A stretch of DNA of 64,000 nt from an uncultured Candidatus Saccharibacteria bacterium (GCA_964467385.1 CAYXQC010000001.1:71896-135895); one strand, 5' to 3'; shown: positions 28,368 to 38,904, numbered from the stretch's first letter. Notes: generated from the letters alone by a model not told the origin. Translations and numbers: made by a program.

Positions 28368-29081
28368 ATGAACACTCACCATACTCATCATCCTCAGCAC
28401 AAAAAAGATAACATTATTGTTACAAAGGACTTAAAGAAATCTTTTATTGATGGTGATAAAGTTACAACGGTTTTGAAAGGGATCGATCTTGAAATTAAGC
28501 GCGGTGAATTTGTGGCAATTATGGGACGCTCAGGTGCTGGTAAATCGACACTTCTGTATCAAGTAAGTCTTCTCGATAGGGCTACAAGCGGAGATGTTCA
28601 TGTCGATGGTGTGAATGTAAGTAAATTGCCAGAGGATGAACGTGTAGCGTTTAGGCTTCGAGAACTCGGGTATGTGTTTCAAGACTATGCACTACTTCCT
28701 GATCTTACTGCTCGTGAAAACGTCGCAGTTCCACTTATTATGCAAGGGTATGCAATGAATGATGCCTATGAAATCGCTGAAAAAAACTTGGCACGTGTAG
28801 GTTTGTCACATCGTGTGCATAATCTCCCTTCAAAGCTTTCTGGAGGTGAACAACAGCGTGTAAGTATTGCGCGAGCCATCGCACATAGTCCAAAGATTCT
28901 TTTTGCAGATGAGCCAACTGCAAACCTTGATACTGAATCATCAGCTCTGATTTTGAAAATTTTCCAAGAATTAAATGCTGAGGGACAGACTATTGTGATG
29001 GTGACTCACGAGGAAGAGTACGGTAAAGCAACTGATAGGGTCATTTTTCTAAAAGATGGACTTTTGAGTGAGGATAGATAA
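28368..29081 (+). CDS. ABC ATPase, LolD/MacB-type
   Basis: GRSGAGKST, LSGGEQQRVSIARA, FADEPTANLD and VTHE. Confidence 0.95.
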   Translation: MNTHHTHHPQHKKDNIIVTKDLKKSFIDGDKVTTVLKGIDLEIKRGEFVAIMGRSGAGKSTLLYQVSLLDRATSGDVHVDGVNVSKLPEDERVAFRLRELGYVFQDYALLPDLTARENVAVPLIMQGYAMNDAYEIAEKNLARVGLSHRVHNLPSKLSGGEQQRVSIARAIAHSPKILFADEPTANLDTESSALILKIFQELNAEGQTIVMVTHEEEYGKATDRVIFLKDGLLSEDR

Positions 29082-29180
29082 AATATGAGTAAATTGATCA
29101 AGTACGAACGCGGTGTTCGTACACAAGGTCTTTGAAACTCGGTTAATAAACCTTACATAAATAGAAAGGAAAAGCATCGC

Positions 29181-30377
29181 ATGAATAGATTCGTATCATT
29201 TGATGCGATTGATAAGTTGCTTCAGGAAGGTGCCAACAGTGGTGTTTTCACTGAAGCAAGTGTGGCTGTGAGAGTGGGAGATGAGAAGCGATACTTTTCG
29301 TATCGAGTCATAGACGAAGGAAAAAGTAAGCAGGAAAAAATATCTTCTGGTTGTGCCAGTGGTGGCCGGCGATTGTTTGATATTGCTTCTGTGACAAAAC
29401 TTCTCGTTACACTTCTCGCTTTCAGGCTTGCCAAGCTTCCGGGAAAAGCTTTCAATTTCGGGCTTGATGATCATGTGCAAAAACACGTTGATTTCTCTGG
29501 TCCTTACGCTGATAGGTTGACCATTCGTCATCTGCTCAATTTTCACGCTGAACTTAATACATTCATGCCGAAAGAAAGTGTGGTTGATCACGAAAGTTTG
29601 ATGGAAATGCAAAAGCAAATCAAATCCGTCGGTCTGACCAAAGAACCAGGTTCTGAATTCCGGTACGCAAATTGGCAGTCAATACTTTTGGGTGAAATTT
29701 TGGAGCAAGTCTTCAAAACTCCTCTGAATGTTCTCATCAGGTCTTGGCTGCTTCGGCCACTTGGAATGACTAGTACCTGCCCTGCATTTATGCTGAATGG
29801 TCAGACTCAAAACTGTATGAAATCTCTTCACGGTTTTGATTTGGGTACAGTGAGTGATCCTGTTGCTGCTGTGGCAAATCAACACAGTAAGCTTCTTGGT
29901 TCTGCAGGTCTTTTCTCTACAACAGAAGACTTATTGGTTTTGGTTGATTTGATTCTTCAGGTGGGCAATTTCACCGCGAAGGGTACAAGGATGATCAGGC
30001 CAGAGCATGCAGATCCATATGAGTTTCTAAATTCGACTGATGTTTTGAGTCTCTTCACACCGGCGACACCGGCTCTTAGGTTTTCAACTGGTATGGGGAT
30101 TTGGAAAAATTTCATTGATGATGTTGTGGAGAAAATCTCTGAGACTTGTCATATGCCAACTCAGGTACTTAGGCAAATCAAAGGTGGATTCAAACGTGGG
30201 TATGGCGGGTGTATGTTCACGGTCTTTCCAGAGTATCAAGTCGGATTCGTTGTAGGGACTGATTTTCTCAGTCTGAAGCGCACTCCAGAAGAGCTGAAGA
30301 AGGCTCGGATTCTACTTGATCGTCTATACGCTCGTGTAGCCGAAGCGGCCATCTGTCACAAGTTGAGCTCTGCGTAG
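29181..30377 (+). CDS. Serine hydrolase, beta-lactamase class C/esterase-like, no signal peptide
   Basis: FDIASVTK (SxxK), PGSEFRYAN (YxN), LRPLGMTST and GSAGLFST. Confidence 0.82.
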   Translation: MNRFVSFDAIDKLLQEGANSGVFTEASVAVRVGDEKRYFSYRVIDEGKSKQEKISSGCASGGRRLFDIASVTKLLVTLLAFRLAKLPGKAFNFGLDDHVQKHVDFSGPYADRLTIRHLLNFHAELNTFMPKESVVDHESLMEMQKQIKSVGLTKEPGSEFRYANWQSILLGEILEQVFKTPLNVLIRSWLLRPLGMTSTCPAFMLNGQTQNCMKSLHGFDLGTVSDPVAAVANQHSKLLGSAGLFSTTEDLLVLVDLILQVGNFTAKGTRMIRPEHADPYEFLNSTDVLSLFTPATPALRFSTGMGIWKNFIDDVVEKISETCHMPTQVLRQIKGGFKRGYGGCMFTVFPEYQVGFVVGTDFLSLKRTPEELKKARILLDRLYARVAEAAICHKLSSA

Positions 30378-30406
30378 GAAACATTCTAGTTTGGTGTTTA
30401 CTACAT

Positions 30407-30450
30407 AAGCCCTGTCACATGTCCGATATGAGGACAGTGGCAGGGCTTTT
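30407..30450 (+). terminator. Terminator after the serine hydrolase
   Basis: AAGCCCTGTCAC...GTGGCAGGGCTTTT. Confidence 0.75.
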
Positions 30451-30545
30451 AAACTTTTAAAATTGTCACTCTGTGAGATGTCTATATAGTGTGCAATAGA
30501 TTTTCGCATTTTGCCTGAAATCTGCTATATTGCTCATACATATAT

Positions 30546-32501
30546 ATGAATCTCTTACATATTCGTAACTTCAGTATTATTGCTCATATCGATCATGGGA
30601 AGTCGACGCTTGCCGATCGAATGCTTGAACTCACGCATACAATCGAAAAGCGAAAGATGATGAATCAGGTTTTGGATAACATGGAACTTGAACGTGAAAA
30701 GGGGATTACGATCAAGATGCGGCCGGTGAAAATGCATTACAAACCTGCGGACTCATCCGAGACGTATGAGCTCAATCTGATCGACACGCCAGGTCACATT
30801 GACTTTTCGTATGAGGTATCTCGTGCACTAAAAGCGGTAGAGGGTTGTATCTTGCTTGTAGATGCAACACAAGGTGTGCAGGCGCAGACTCTAACGACGC
30901 TTGGTATGGCAAAAGATGCTGGCCTCACTATTATCCCAGTTTTGAGCAAAGTAGATTCGCCGCTTGCACGAATTGATGAGATCAAAGAAGAAATGGTTAT
31001 GCTTCTTGGTTGTAAAACTGAAGATATTATGGAGACTTCAGGAAAGACAGGACAAGGTGTAGATAAGCTTCTTCAGGAAATTATAAAAAAAGTTCCTGCA
31101 CCAGTTGAAGAAATCGAGAATTCGGGAAGTTTTCGTGGACTTGTGTTCGATTTTCAATATTCAAATCATAAAGGCGTAATCGTGTATGTGCGTGTAATGG
31201 AAGGTTCTGTTAAGAAAGGTGATGAACTTTTGTTTAAAATAGCCGGTGAAAAATTCTATGCACTTGATGTTGGAATTTTTACGCCAGATGAAGTGCCGGC
31301 AGAAAAACTCGAGGCGGGACAAACGGGATATATTGTGACAGGTATTAAGCAGCCTGGTATCGCTTCGGTAGGTGATACGATTACGCTTTTTAGAAAGCAA
31401 CTTCCTGAACTTTCTGGATATATGAGCCCTTCACCTGTTGTGTGGGCATCGGTATATCCTGAGGCAGCAGATGATTTTGAACTTTTAAAACAGGCACTTG
31501 GTAAGCTCAGACTTTCTGATTCTGCATTTTCATACGAAGAAGAATCATCAGGATCACTCGGGCGAGGTTTTCGATGTGGATTTCTTGGGCTTCTTCATTT
31601 AGAGATTATTACTGAACGGTTGAAGCGAGAGTTTAATTTAAATCTTGTAATTGCAACGCCAAGTATCACATACGAAGTGACACTGAGACGACATGGTGGT
31701 GCGCTCAATATAGGTAGCAATGGTTCAGGTGGTCCCGCAACACATAGTTTTGAAGTTGGAACAGTGAGTGGTGTACTCCCTGCCAATGGACTTGGTAATG
31801 TATACATGGGACGGATCAAGACACATGAAGACGGGCGACGAACAGTGATGATTTACTCTCCATCGATGTTTCCTGACCAGGGTTCTGTAGAAAAAGTAAG
31901 CGAACCATGGGTAAAACTCTCTATTATTACACCTGAAGAATATGTAAGTCCTGTCTATCAACTTCTCTACGATCATGAGGCTGAGCTTGCTGACACTATT
32001 ACGTTTGGTGATGGGCGATCAAAGCTCATCATCCATATGCCGCTCCGCGAATTGATGCGAAACTTTTTTGATGAATTGAAAAGTATTTCTTCTGGATATG
32101 CATCTCTGTCATATGAATTTGAAGGAATGCGTGATGCTGATGTGACACGACTTGATATCTTAGTTGCTGATGAGCCAGTTGAGGCCTTTACACGAGTGGT
32201 TGCTAAGCGAAGAGTGGATGAAGAGGCTAGAAAAGCGGTTGAAAAATTGAAAAATATTTTGCCTCGGCAACTTTTTGTGACGAAAATACAAGGCCGCGCA
32301 GATGGGCGAATTATTGCCTCTGAAACATTGTCGGCACTTCGAAAAGATGTGACAGGGTATCTTTATGGAGGCGATATTACACGAAAAATGAAACTCCTCG
32401 AAAAGCAAAAGAAAGGTAAGAAGAAAATGGCAGAACGTGGAAAAGGAAATGTAAATATTCCACATGATGTGTTTATTAAGATGATGAAAAGTGGTGAGTA
32501 G
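30546..32501 (+). CDS. lepA: Elongation factor 4 (LepA) with an internal insertion
   Basis: IRNFSIIAHIDHGKSTLADR, DTPGHIDFSYEVSR, GFRCGFLGLLH and YGGDITRKMKLLEKQK. Confidence 0.97.
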   Translation: MNLLHIRNFSIIAHIDHGKSTLADRMLELTHTIEKRKMMNQVLDNMELEREKGITIKMRPVKMHYKPADSSETYELNLIDTPGHIDFSYEVSRALKAVEGCILLVDATQGVQAQTLTTLGMAKDAGLTIIPVLSKVDSPLARIDEIKEEMVMLLGCKTEDIMETSGKTGQGVDKLLQEIIKKVPAPVEEIENSGSFRGLVFDFQYSNHKGVIVYVRVMEGSVKKGDELLFKIAGEKFYALDVGIFTPDEVPAEKLEAGQTGYIVTGIKQPGIASVGDTITLFRKQLPELSGYMSPSPVVWASVYPEAADDFELLKQALGKLRLSDSAFSYEEESSGSLGRGFRCGFLGLLHLEIITERLKREFNLNLVIATPSITYEVTLRRHGGALNIGSNGSGGPATHSFEVGTVSGVLPANGLGNVYMGRIKTHEDGRRTVMIYSPSMFPDQGSVEKVSEPWVKLSIITPEEYVSPVYQLLYDHEAELADTITFGDGRSKLIIHMPLRELMRNFFDELKSISSGYASLSYEFEGMRDADVTRLDILVADEPVEAFTRVVAKRRVDEEARKAVEKLKNILPRQLFVTKIQGRADGRIIASETLSALRKDVTGYLYGGDITRKMKLLEKQKKGKKKMAERGKGNVNIPHDVFIKMMKSGE

Positions 32502-32693
32502 TTTCGAAAATATATGTACTACGCGTAAAACTCTGCAGAGTTTTCGCTCTACTCGACTGATATTCTGCCGAATATCAGTCTTCGTAAGGTCTCTGTATTT
32601 TCTTGCTAGAAAATTATTCGTATAATTAGACTTTTCCACAATCGAGTTGAGTCTAAGGTGTGGTATTATGTAAGTAGTAAGTGCTAAGACATT

Positions 32694-35600
32694 ATGTACC
32701 AGCTTTTTTTACGTATTTTTAGATGGAGAAATGCAAATAAAGTAACCAAGATTGTTACTTTGGGTATCTTATTTAGCTTGTTAGGTACTGCGTCTTACGT
32801 GTATGCAGATTTTTATACGTGGACACAGCTTACAGATCCTTCTTTTGATACGGAGTGGCAGGCAATAGCTACTTCAGATGATGGGGCAAATGTAGTGGCG
32901 GTTCGTAAGACCGATCCTGGCGGTGCCCAGTCTGTATTTTACTCAACTAATGGAGGGGTGAATTGGACAGAATCAGTCAATAATTCTGGTAATTTTCCTG
33001 AGACATTAAAAAGTGCTGCTATGAAGGGTGATGGGACTAAAGCTATCATTGGCGGGAGTGAGGGTGTAATTTATTATTCATTGAATGGTGGGGCAAATTT
33101 TGGAGCAGCCAGTGTTCCTTCAAGAGACTGGCTTTCTCTGGTCGTGAGTCCTGCTGGTTCCTATATGTATGCAGTCGGCTACTCTCCTGGTGGTGGTAAC
33201 ATTTTCAGATCTCAAGATGGGTCCTCATGGACTGCGTTAGCGGATGCTACTGTTCCTTCTATAAATACCAACATAGGGTCAATTTCGACTGACTCTTCGG
33301 GAGAGATTGTTATCATTGCTTTGTCTGGCTTACCGTTATATCGTTCACTCGATGCTGGAAATTCCTGGTCAGCCATAAGTGGAAGTCCTTCTCGGGACAT
33401 ACCATATGTTGATGTTTCTGCCGATGGACAGACTATCGTTGTAGCTGCTGGTGGTGGTGGAGATTATATATATGTATCACATGATGCTGGGGTAACTTGG
33501 TCTACGACAATCAGTGCTCATTGGACTTCCGTATCTGTATCAAAAGGTGGTGATTTTATGGCAGCATCGACACAGGATGGTCATGTCTATACATCAACTG
33601 ACGGTGGACAGACTTGGGAAACTGAAGCGTCGTCACCCTCAAATCCTTATGGGACTGGTATAGCGATGTCGGCGAATGGACAAAAATTATTTTTAGCTAG
33701 CTCGCAGGCGTATCTATATTCTGCACTCGATACTACAGATCCTTACTTGGTGCGTGTTACGTCTAATACACCTGCTGGTTCATACAATGCTGGAGATCAG
33801 ATCGAACTCGTATTGCATTTTAATGAACCTGTTTTTAGTACTGTTCCAGGATTTATTAATTTAAATAGTGGGGGATCTTGTGAAGCTGTTGTTGATAGTG
33901 AGTCTTATCCTTATGGTCAATTAGATGTGCCGTGTATGTACACTGTTGGAGGTGGTGAAAACACACCAAATGGCGGCCCTCTCGTGGTTACTAGTACTAG
34001 TTTTGGAGGAGATTTTACTGATGGACAAGGGAATATTTTAGATGATGCCTTTACGGGCGAAAATCTTAATGTTTTCGGTAGCTACATAATTGACACAGAC
34101 GCGCCTACTTATCCTGGATCTCCTGATCTTTATAATGAACAAGATACGGGTATATCAAACACCGACAATATTGTAAGCCCATCTTTAGTCACGTACAATC
34201 CAGAGGCATACTACTTTTCAGTTTCTGGCTGTACTGATGGTGTGGACTATGTTTCATTAAAGAAGGACGGTTCTTCACTTGCTACAACAACATGCGCTGC
34301 GGATATTGCTACCTTCTTGGTCCCTACATCTGAGTTTTCTGATGGGACATTCACAGTCAGTGCAACTCAGACTGATCTTGCAGGCAATGAATCAGCTTCA
34401 AATGGCGATATACAGTTTACTGTAGATAGTGTTGCTCCTATATTGTCATCCGTAACTCCAACAAGTAGTTCGTCTATAAATAGTGTTACAGGAGAATCAT
34501 CTGATATTGCTTTCTACAGCAGTGAAGGTTTGGGTAATAATCCTTTTGATAATAATACGTATCATTCAAAAGTCACAATAACTCGGACTGGTGGAAATAT
34601 TGATACTGGCACACATACTTGTTATCTAAAGGGTGATGCTTTGACGGCCGGGTCACATACACTTGATCTGTCTGATACGACTGATGGTTGTTACGATTCT
34701 GATTATGCCCAGTATCCAAACTTACCCCTTGTTTCCGGCGCTATCTATTCATTCCTTTTTGAATTAACTGATCCTGCAGGTAATACTGGCGAATCTGTGC
34801 TAAGACAAAATGTTCTCTTTGATGACACTGCGCCTACGATTCCTGGAATACCAGATTTAGAAGATGCATTTGATTCGGGTGTGAGTAGTTCAGATAATAT
34901 TACAAACAGTACAACCCTTAATTTTACTGTCAGCTGTGAGAGCGGAAATACAGTTAGCCTGTATGACGAAGATGATAATATTATTGATACAGATGATTGC
35001 GAGGGGGGCATAGCTTATGTAGGTGGAAGTGGTTTTTCAGATGGTACTCATGACTTTTATGCAACCCAGACTGATCTTGCGGGAAATGAATCTGAAAGTT
35101 CTGGAACAAACAATGTTACTGTGGATACGGTGAATGGTTACTCTAGTCCTTTAAGTGCTCCAAATTTGTCTGCAAGTAGTGACTCCGGTATTTCTAATAG
35201 CGATAATATTACAAACGAATCAACTTTAGTATTTTCTGGTGGAGATGCTGGATGTCTAGGATATGCGTACTTATATCTAGATGGTGTCAGAATCGACAAT
35301 GACCTCTGTGTAGGTGAGACCTACAGTATCTCATATGATGTTTTCGAATTGTCTGAGGGTGAACATACTTTTACTGTTAGATATGGAGATGATGCAGGAA
35401 ATACATCGTCTGATTCTCCTCAACTTGCAGTTATATATGACGTAGGGTCTCCTGATGCTCCGGGTACACCTGATCTCACATCAGGTTCAGACTCGGGTAC
35501 ATCTTCAACTGACAATATAACAAATGCTACACAACCTGTAATCACTGTCTCTTGTCTTACTAACACGTATGTTACATTGAAAGACAGTGGTTCTGATCTG

Positions 35601-36860
35601 ATCACTAATCCATGTATCAGTGGTGCGGCTAGTTTCCAACCAACATTAACCGGAGGAACTCATACTTTTTATGCAACTCAACAGGATCTTGCTGGAAACG
35701 AGTCATCCAATTCAGATAGTCTAGCTGTCGTGATTGATACTACTACCCCTACAACTTCTGGTGCTCCTGATCTCGGAGATAGTTCTGATACTGGATTTTC
35801 ACCAACCGACGACAACACAAACGATACAACACCTACTTTTACAGGATCATGTACAACTGGAAATGCAGTTACTTTGTATTCAAGTGCAACGTCGATCGGT
35901 ACTGCCACTTGTGAAAGTTCAACTTTTACAATCACCGCATCTGCATTAACTGCTGGAACAAAGACAATTACATTTAAAGAAACTGATGTAGCTGGAAATG
36001 AATCCTCAACATCAAGTAGTCTCACTATTACTATAAAAACATCTGCACCAACCGCTTCTCTTTCTAGTGCGTCAGCTGGAACGGTAGATGCTAACTTCAG
36101 TGCAACACTTACTGCGTCTGAAGCGATCACTGGTTTTGCACTCGGAGACATTACAGCTACAAATGCGACACTTTCTAATCTCGCATCTGTAAATTCATCT
36201 ACATATACATTTACTGTAACACCGCTTGCTAACGGCGCACTTACATTAATGCTTGAAGATTCAACAGTGTCTGATATTTTTGGAAATCTAAACGCTATTG
36301 ATTCAAATATCTTGAATCGAACAGTTGAGCTCTCATCAGATGAAGGGGGTGATACTGGTGGAGGTGGGAGTGGAAATACAGAGCCAATTGCCGGACCAAC
36401 CGGAGGGGGATCAACAATGAGTCAATTCTCAATGCCAATTGGATTCCCTGGATCTATACCTCTTCAAAATTCTACTCAATCAACCACTAAGACAGAAACA
36501 GGAAATACACAAAAGCTGTCGCAGCAAAGTGGTCTACTTGTAAACAAAGCGGCATTTACTAATACTGGAGGCAAACCGTATCAATTCTCTCGAGTACTAA
36601 ATACAGTGTCACCGCAAGGGGTTGATGTGCGCAAACTTCAAGTCTTTCTAAATTCAACAGGGTTTACTATCGCAAAGTCTGGTGCAGGTTCATTCGGTCG
36701 CGAGACAAATAAGTTTGGTGCTGCCACAAAAAATGCCCTTATCAAGTTCCAAAAGGCTGTGGGTATTACTCCTGCAACTGGTGTGTTTGGTCCAAAGACT
36801 CGTGATTATGTAAATAAACTTCTCCGAACACTTGTGGGTCCTTCAACCAAGTCTCCATAA
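32694..36860 (+). CDS. Large adhesin-like surface protein: BNR beta-propeller, tandem Ig-like repeats, C-terminal peptidoglycan-binding domain
   Basis: N-terminal TM, repeated S.DGG.TW Asp-boxes, five P[DN]L....D[ST]G.S..D..(T)N repeats with TD.AGNES, a Big_12-like domain, and DVRKLQVFLN...ALIKFQKAVGITPATGVFGPKTR. Confidence 0.85.
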   Translation: MYQLFLRIFRWRNANKVTKIVTLGILFSLLGTASYVYADFYTWTQLTDPSFDTEWQAIATSDDGANVVAVRKTDPGGAQSVFYSTNGGVNWTESVNNSGNFPETLKSAAMKGDGTKAIIGGSEGVIYYSLNGGANFGAASVPSRDWLSLVVSPAGSYMYAVGYSPGGGNIFRSQDGSSWTALADATVPSINTNIGSISTDSSGEIVIIALSGLPLYRSLDAGNSWSAISGSPSRDIPYVDVSADGQTIVVAAGGGGDYIYVSHDAGVTWSTTISAHWTSVSVSKGGDFMAASTQDGHVYTSTDGGQTWETEASSPSNPYGTGIAMSANGQKLFLASSQAYLYSALDTTDPYLVRVTSNTPAGSYNAGDQIELVLHFNEPVFSTVPGFINLNSGGSCEAVVDSESYPYGQLDVPCMYTVGGGENTPNGGPLVVTSTSFGGDFTDGQGNILDDAFTGENLNVFGSYIIDTDAPTYPGSPDLYNEQDTGISNTDNIVSPSLVTYNPEAYYFSVSGCTDGVDYVSLKKDGSSLATTTCAADIATFLVPTSEFSDGTFTVSATQTDLAGNESASNGDIQFTVDSVAPILSSVTPTSSSSINSVTGESSDIAFYSSEGLGNNPFDNNTYHSKVTITRTGGNIDTGTHTCYLKGDALTAGSHTLDLSDTTDGCYDSDYAQYPNLPLVSGAIYSFLFELTDPAGNTGESVLRQNVLFDDTAPTIPGIPDLEDAFDSGVSSSDNITNSTTLNFTVSCESGNTVSLYDEDDNIIDTDDCEGGIAYVGGSGFSDGTHDFYATQTDLAGNESESSGTNNVTVDTVNGYSSPLSAPNLSASSDSGISNSDNITNESTLVFSGGDAGCLGYAYLYLDGVRIDNDLCVGETYSISYDVFELSEGEHTFTVRYGDDAGNTSSDSPQLAVIYDVGSPDAPGTPDLTSGSDSGTSSTDNITNATQPVITVSCLTNTYVTLKDSGSDLITNPCISGAASFQPTLTGGTHTFYATQQDLAGNESSNSDSLAVVIDTTTPTTSGAPDLGDSSDTGFSPTDDNTNDTTPTFTGSCTTGNAVTLYSSATSIGTATCESSTFTITASALTAGTKTITFKETDVAGNESSTSSSLTITIKTSAPTASLSSASAGTVDANFSATLTASEAITGFALGDITATNATLSNLASVNSSTYTFTVTPLANGALTLMLEDSTVSDIFGNLNAIDSNILNRTVELSSDEGGDTGGGGSGNTEPIAGPTGGGSTMSQFSMPIGFPGSIPLQNSTQSTTKTETGNTQKLSQQSGLLVNKAAFTNTGGKPYQFSRVLNTVSPQGVDVRKLQVFLNSTGFTIAKSGAGSFGRETNKFGAATKNALIKFQKAVGITPATGVFGPKTRDYVNKLLRTLVGPSTKSP

Positions 36861-36879
36861 TATTACTTCTATAAATAGC

Positions 36880-38697
36880 ATGAATATAATTGTTGCGTTT
36901 ATTGGAATACTCTTGTTACTCGCACCATTTTTCCTCGTCTTAATTTTTCCGAATAAAAGACAAGGATTCTTAACTATTGCATCTGGGGTTGGTATGTTTC
37001 ATCTGCTGCTCGGTTTGATTGCGGGTACACTTGGCATTTTCACATATGGTGTTATTTTTTTAGTAAATTTAGTTACTGCTAGCATTGTGTTGTATGTGAC
37101 GTACAAATATTTGGTTAGAACATATTCTCTGCAAAAAATTAGAGTGGATATCCGCCAGTATATTCGAGAACATGGCAGTATGTATATGAGTCGATATTGG
37201 TTTATTGCTTTGGTGTGCCTTTTTTTGATCGGAGGACTTCTCTCGATCCATTTTTATTACACTGGTCCGGCAGATATTGGTGGATCTTTAGTACAACTTT
37301 CAAAAGATTCATATGCATATCCGTTTTATTCAGATGAGTGGGTAGGAGCATCGCTTGTGAACTACAGTATTGATTCTGGTAAGTTACCTCTAGTCAATCC
37401 GCTTTATAAAAATCAGCCATTTACAAATTTTCTATTCTTGGCGCATGTTCTGATCGCCGAAATGATGCTTTTATTCGGTCTGAATGCATTCACGGGGTAT
37501 GTTTTTCTTGCGGTGGGTAATACAACCCTATTGTGTCTTGCTGTATATTTTGGATTAAGATTTCTAAGTGTCGGTCGTTCAGTTGCTATTTTATCTTCTG
37601 TTTTCCCAATACTTATTACAAATAGTGGCAATCTTCCTAGTACTTGGTCATTGTTGCCTTATTCGGTGTCACTGATGTTTTTATGCTGGTCAATCGTTGG
37701 GTATATTGCTAGAAATCGTGTGGCGCATTACTTGAATCTTCTAATAGCACTACTATTGTATCCTCCAATGATTGTGTTTGTTGCTCCAATTCTATGTGTT
37801 TCATCTTGGCAAAAAATTTCAAACAGACGCATGCTTCTGATCGTATGTGGAATCATTGCAGTACTAGGCTCTTTGGCTCTGTGGGTTGGACATGGGTATA
37901 TAATTCGTAACCCGCTTGATGAAGGGAGGACATACTATGCTCTTTGGAATGTAATGCCATTCTTTGTACTATTTTTTATCGCTGTCGGCTGCATTGAAAC
38001 ATATAGAAGGGAACTATATATCTTGATGGCACCTATTATTGTTGGTATCTTTTTCTGGATTTTATATACGTTTATTTCGAAAGTTATCATTATCGAGCCG
38101 GCTCGAATAGTGGTTATAACATCAGTACTTTTGATGTTTGTTGCAGGACTCGGACTTCATCTGTTTGCCGGGTTTATCGTGCGCGAGGTTGTTACTCATC
38201 CAATTCATACACTTCTGTTTAAGATAGTCAGTATTGTATTCTTAGCATTTTGGATGCTTCATCTGTCACGATTTGGTCTGTGGCACAAGTTGAAACTTGT
38301 GATTCAGTATCAGGGTCAGACGATGTATTTGATTCCTGCTCCGCCCGTGACTAGGTACCTCAATCCTGATGACATAAAGTTGTTTGCTCCGTACACTGGT
38401 GTTGCTACGAGTACTGAGTTTGGTGCTGGTAAAATCTTCATTGCTCCTCCTTGGAAAGGTTTGGTAGTTGGCACAATTACTGGTAATTATCCTCTGGAGT
38501 CAAAATCTTCCACAATCACTAACCGTTTTCTTGTGTACGATGCATTTATGAAGGCAGATTGTATAGAGAAAAATAAACTAGTGAAGAAATTCAAGATTGA
38601 TTTAGTATACAGTTCGAGGTTTGATTGTGAAGGTTTTGACCTACTTGGTAGTAGCTCAGAACATCTATACCTGTTTAGAACATCTCTACCTTTTTAG
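36880..38697 (+). CDS. Polytopic membrane protein, possible GT-C-fold glycosyltransferase
   Basis: More than 12 TM helices, acidic YPFYSDEW motif in an early external loop, soluble C-terminal domain. ATG 36880 preferred over the overlapping GTG 36832. Confidence 0.55.
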   Translation: MNIIVAFIGILLLLAPFFLVLIFPNKRQGFLTIASGVGMFHLLLGLIAGTLGIFTYGVIFLVNLVTASIVLYVTYKYLVRTYSLQKIRVDIRQYIREHGSMYMSRYWFIALVCLFLIGGLLSIHFYYTGPADIGGSLVQLSKDSYAYPFYSDEWVGASLVNYSIDSGKLPLVNPLYKNQPFTNFLFLAHVLIAEMMLLFGLNAFTGYVFLAVGNTTLLCLAVYFGLRFLSVGRSVAILSSVFPILITNSGNLPSTWSLLPYSVSLMFLCWSIVGYIARNRVAHYLNLLIALLLYPPMIVFVAPILCVSSWQKISNRRMLLIVCGIIAVLGSLALWVGHGYIIRNPLDEGRTYYALWNVMPFFVLFFIAVGCIETYRRELYILMAPIIVGIFFWILYTFISKVIIIEPARIVVITSVLLMFVAGLGLHLFAGFIVREVVTHPIHTLLFKIVSIVFLAFWMLHLSRFGLWHKLKLVIQYQGQTMYLIPAPPVTRYLNPDDIKLFAPYTGVATSTEFGAGKIFIAPPWKGLVVGTITGNYPLESKSSTITNRFLVYDAFMKADCIEKNKLVKKFKIDLVYSSRFDCEGFDLLGSSSEHLYLFRTSLPF

Positions 38698-38904
38698 GGA
38701 GCGTTAGGCTAAAACTGTGACAGTGCAGGGATATAAAGTGCAATCATTGAGATAGCGATCAAGATACAAAGTGCACCCCAAATAAAGTTGATCTTCTTTT
38801 TGTGTCGTGGGTCGAATAACATAATGTTCATATAGTATCAAATGGTATACTGGGTGCAAGTTATTGGTGCCGAATCTTGGCACAAAGCTGATATAAAAAC
38901 CGGT

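Noticed and set aside
25418-29081. MacAB-like system without TolC as a novelty
   Set aside because: Adaptor-permease-ATPase sets without an outer-membrane channel are common in monoderms and CPR.
18440-31845. Inteins or introns explaining the DnaE and LepA insertions
   Set aside because: No intein C/S...HN-C/S/T junctions or homing endonuclease motifs, and the inserts are short and in frame.
34090-36040. CRISPR array or DGR template/variable repeats in the adhesin gene
   Set aside because: The repeats are diverged in-frame Ig domains. There is no regular spacer pattern, cas gene or reverse transcriptase in the window.
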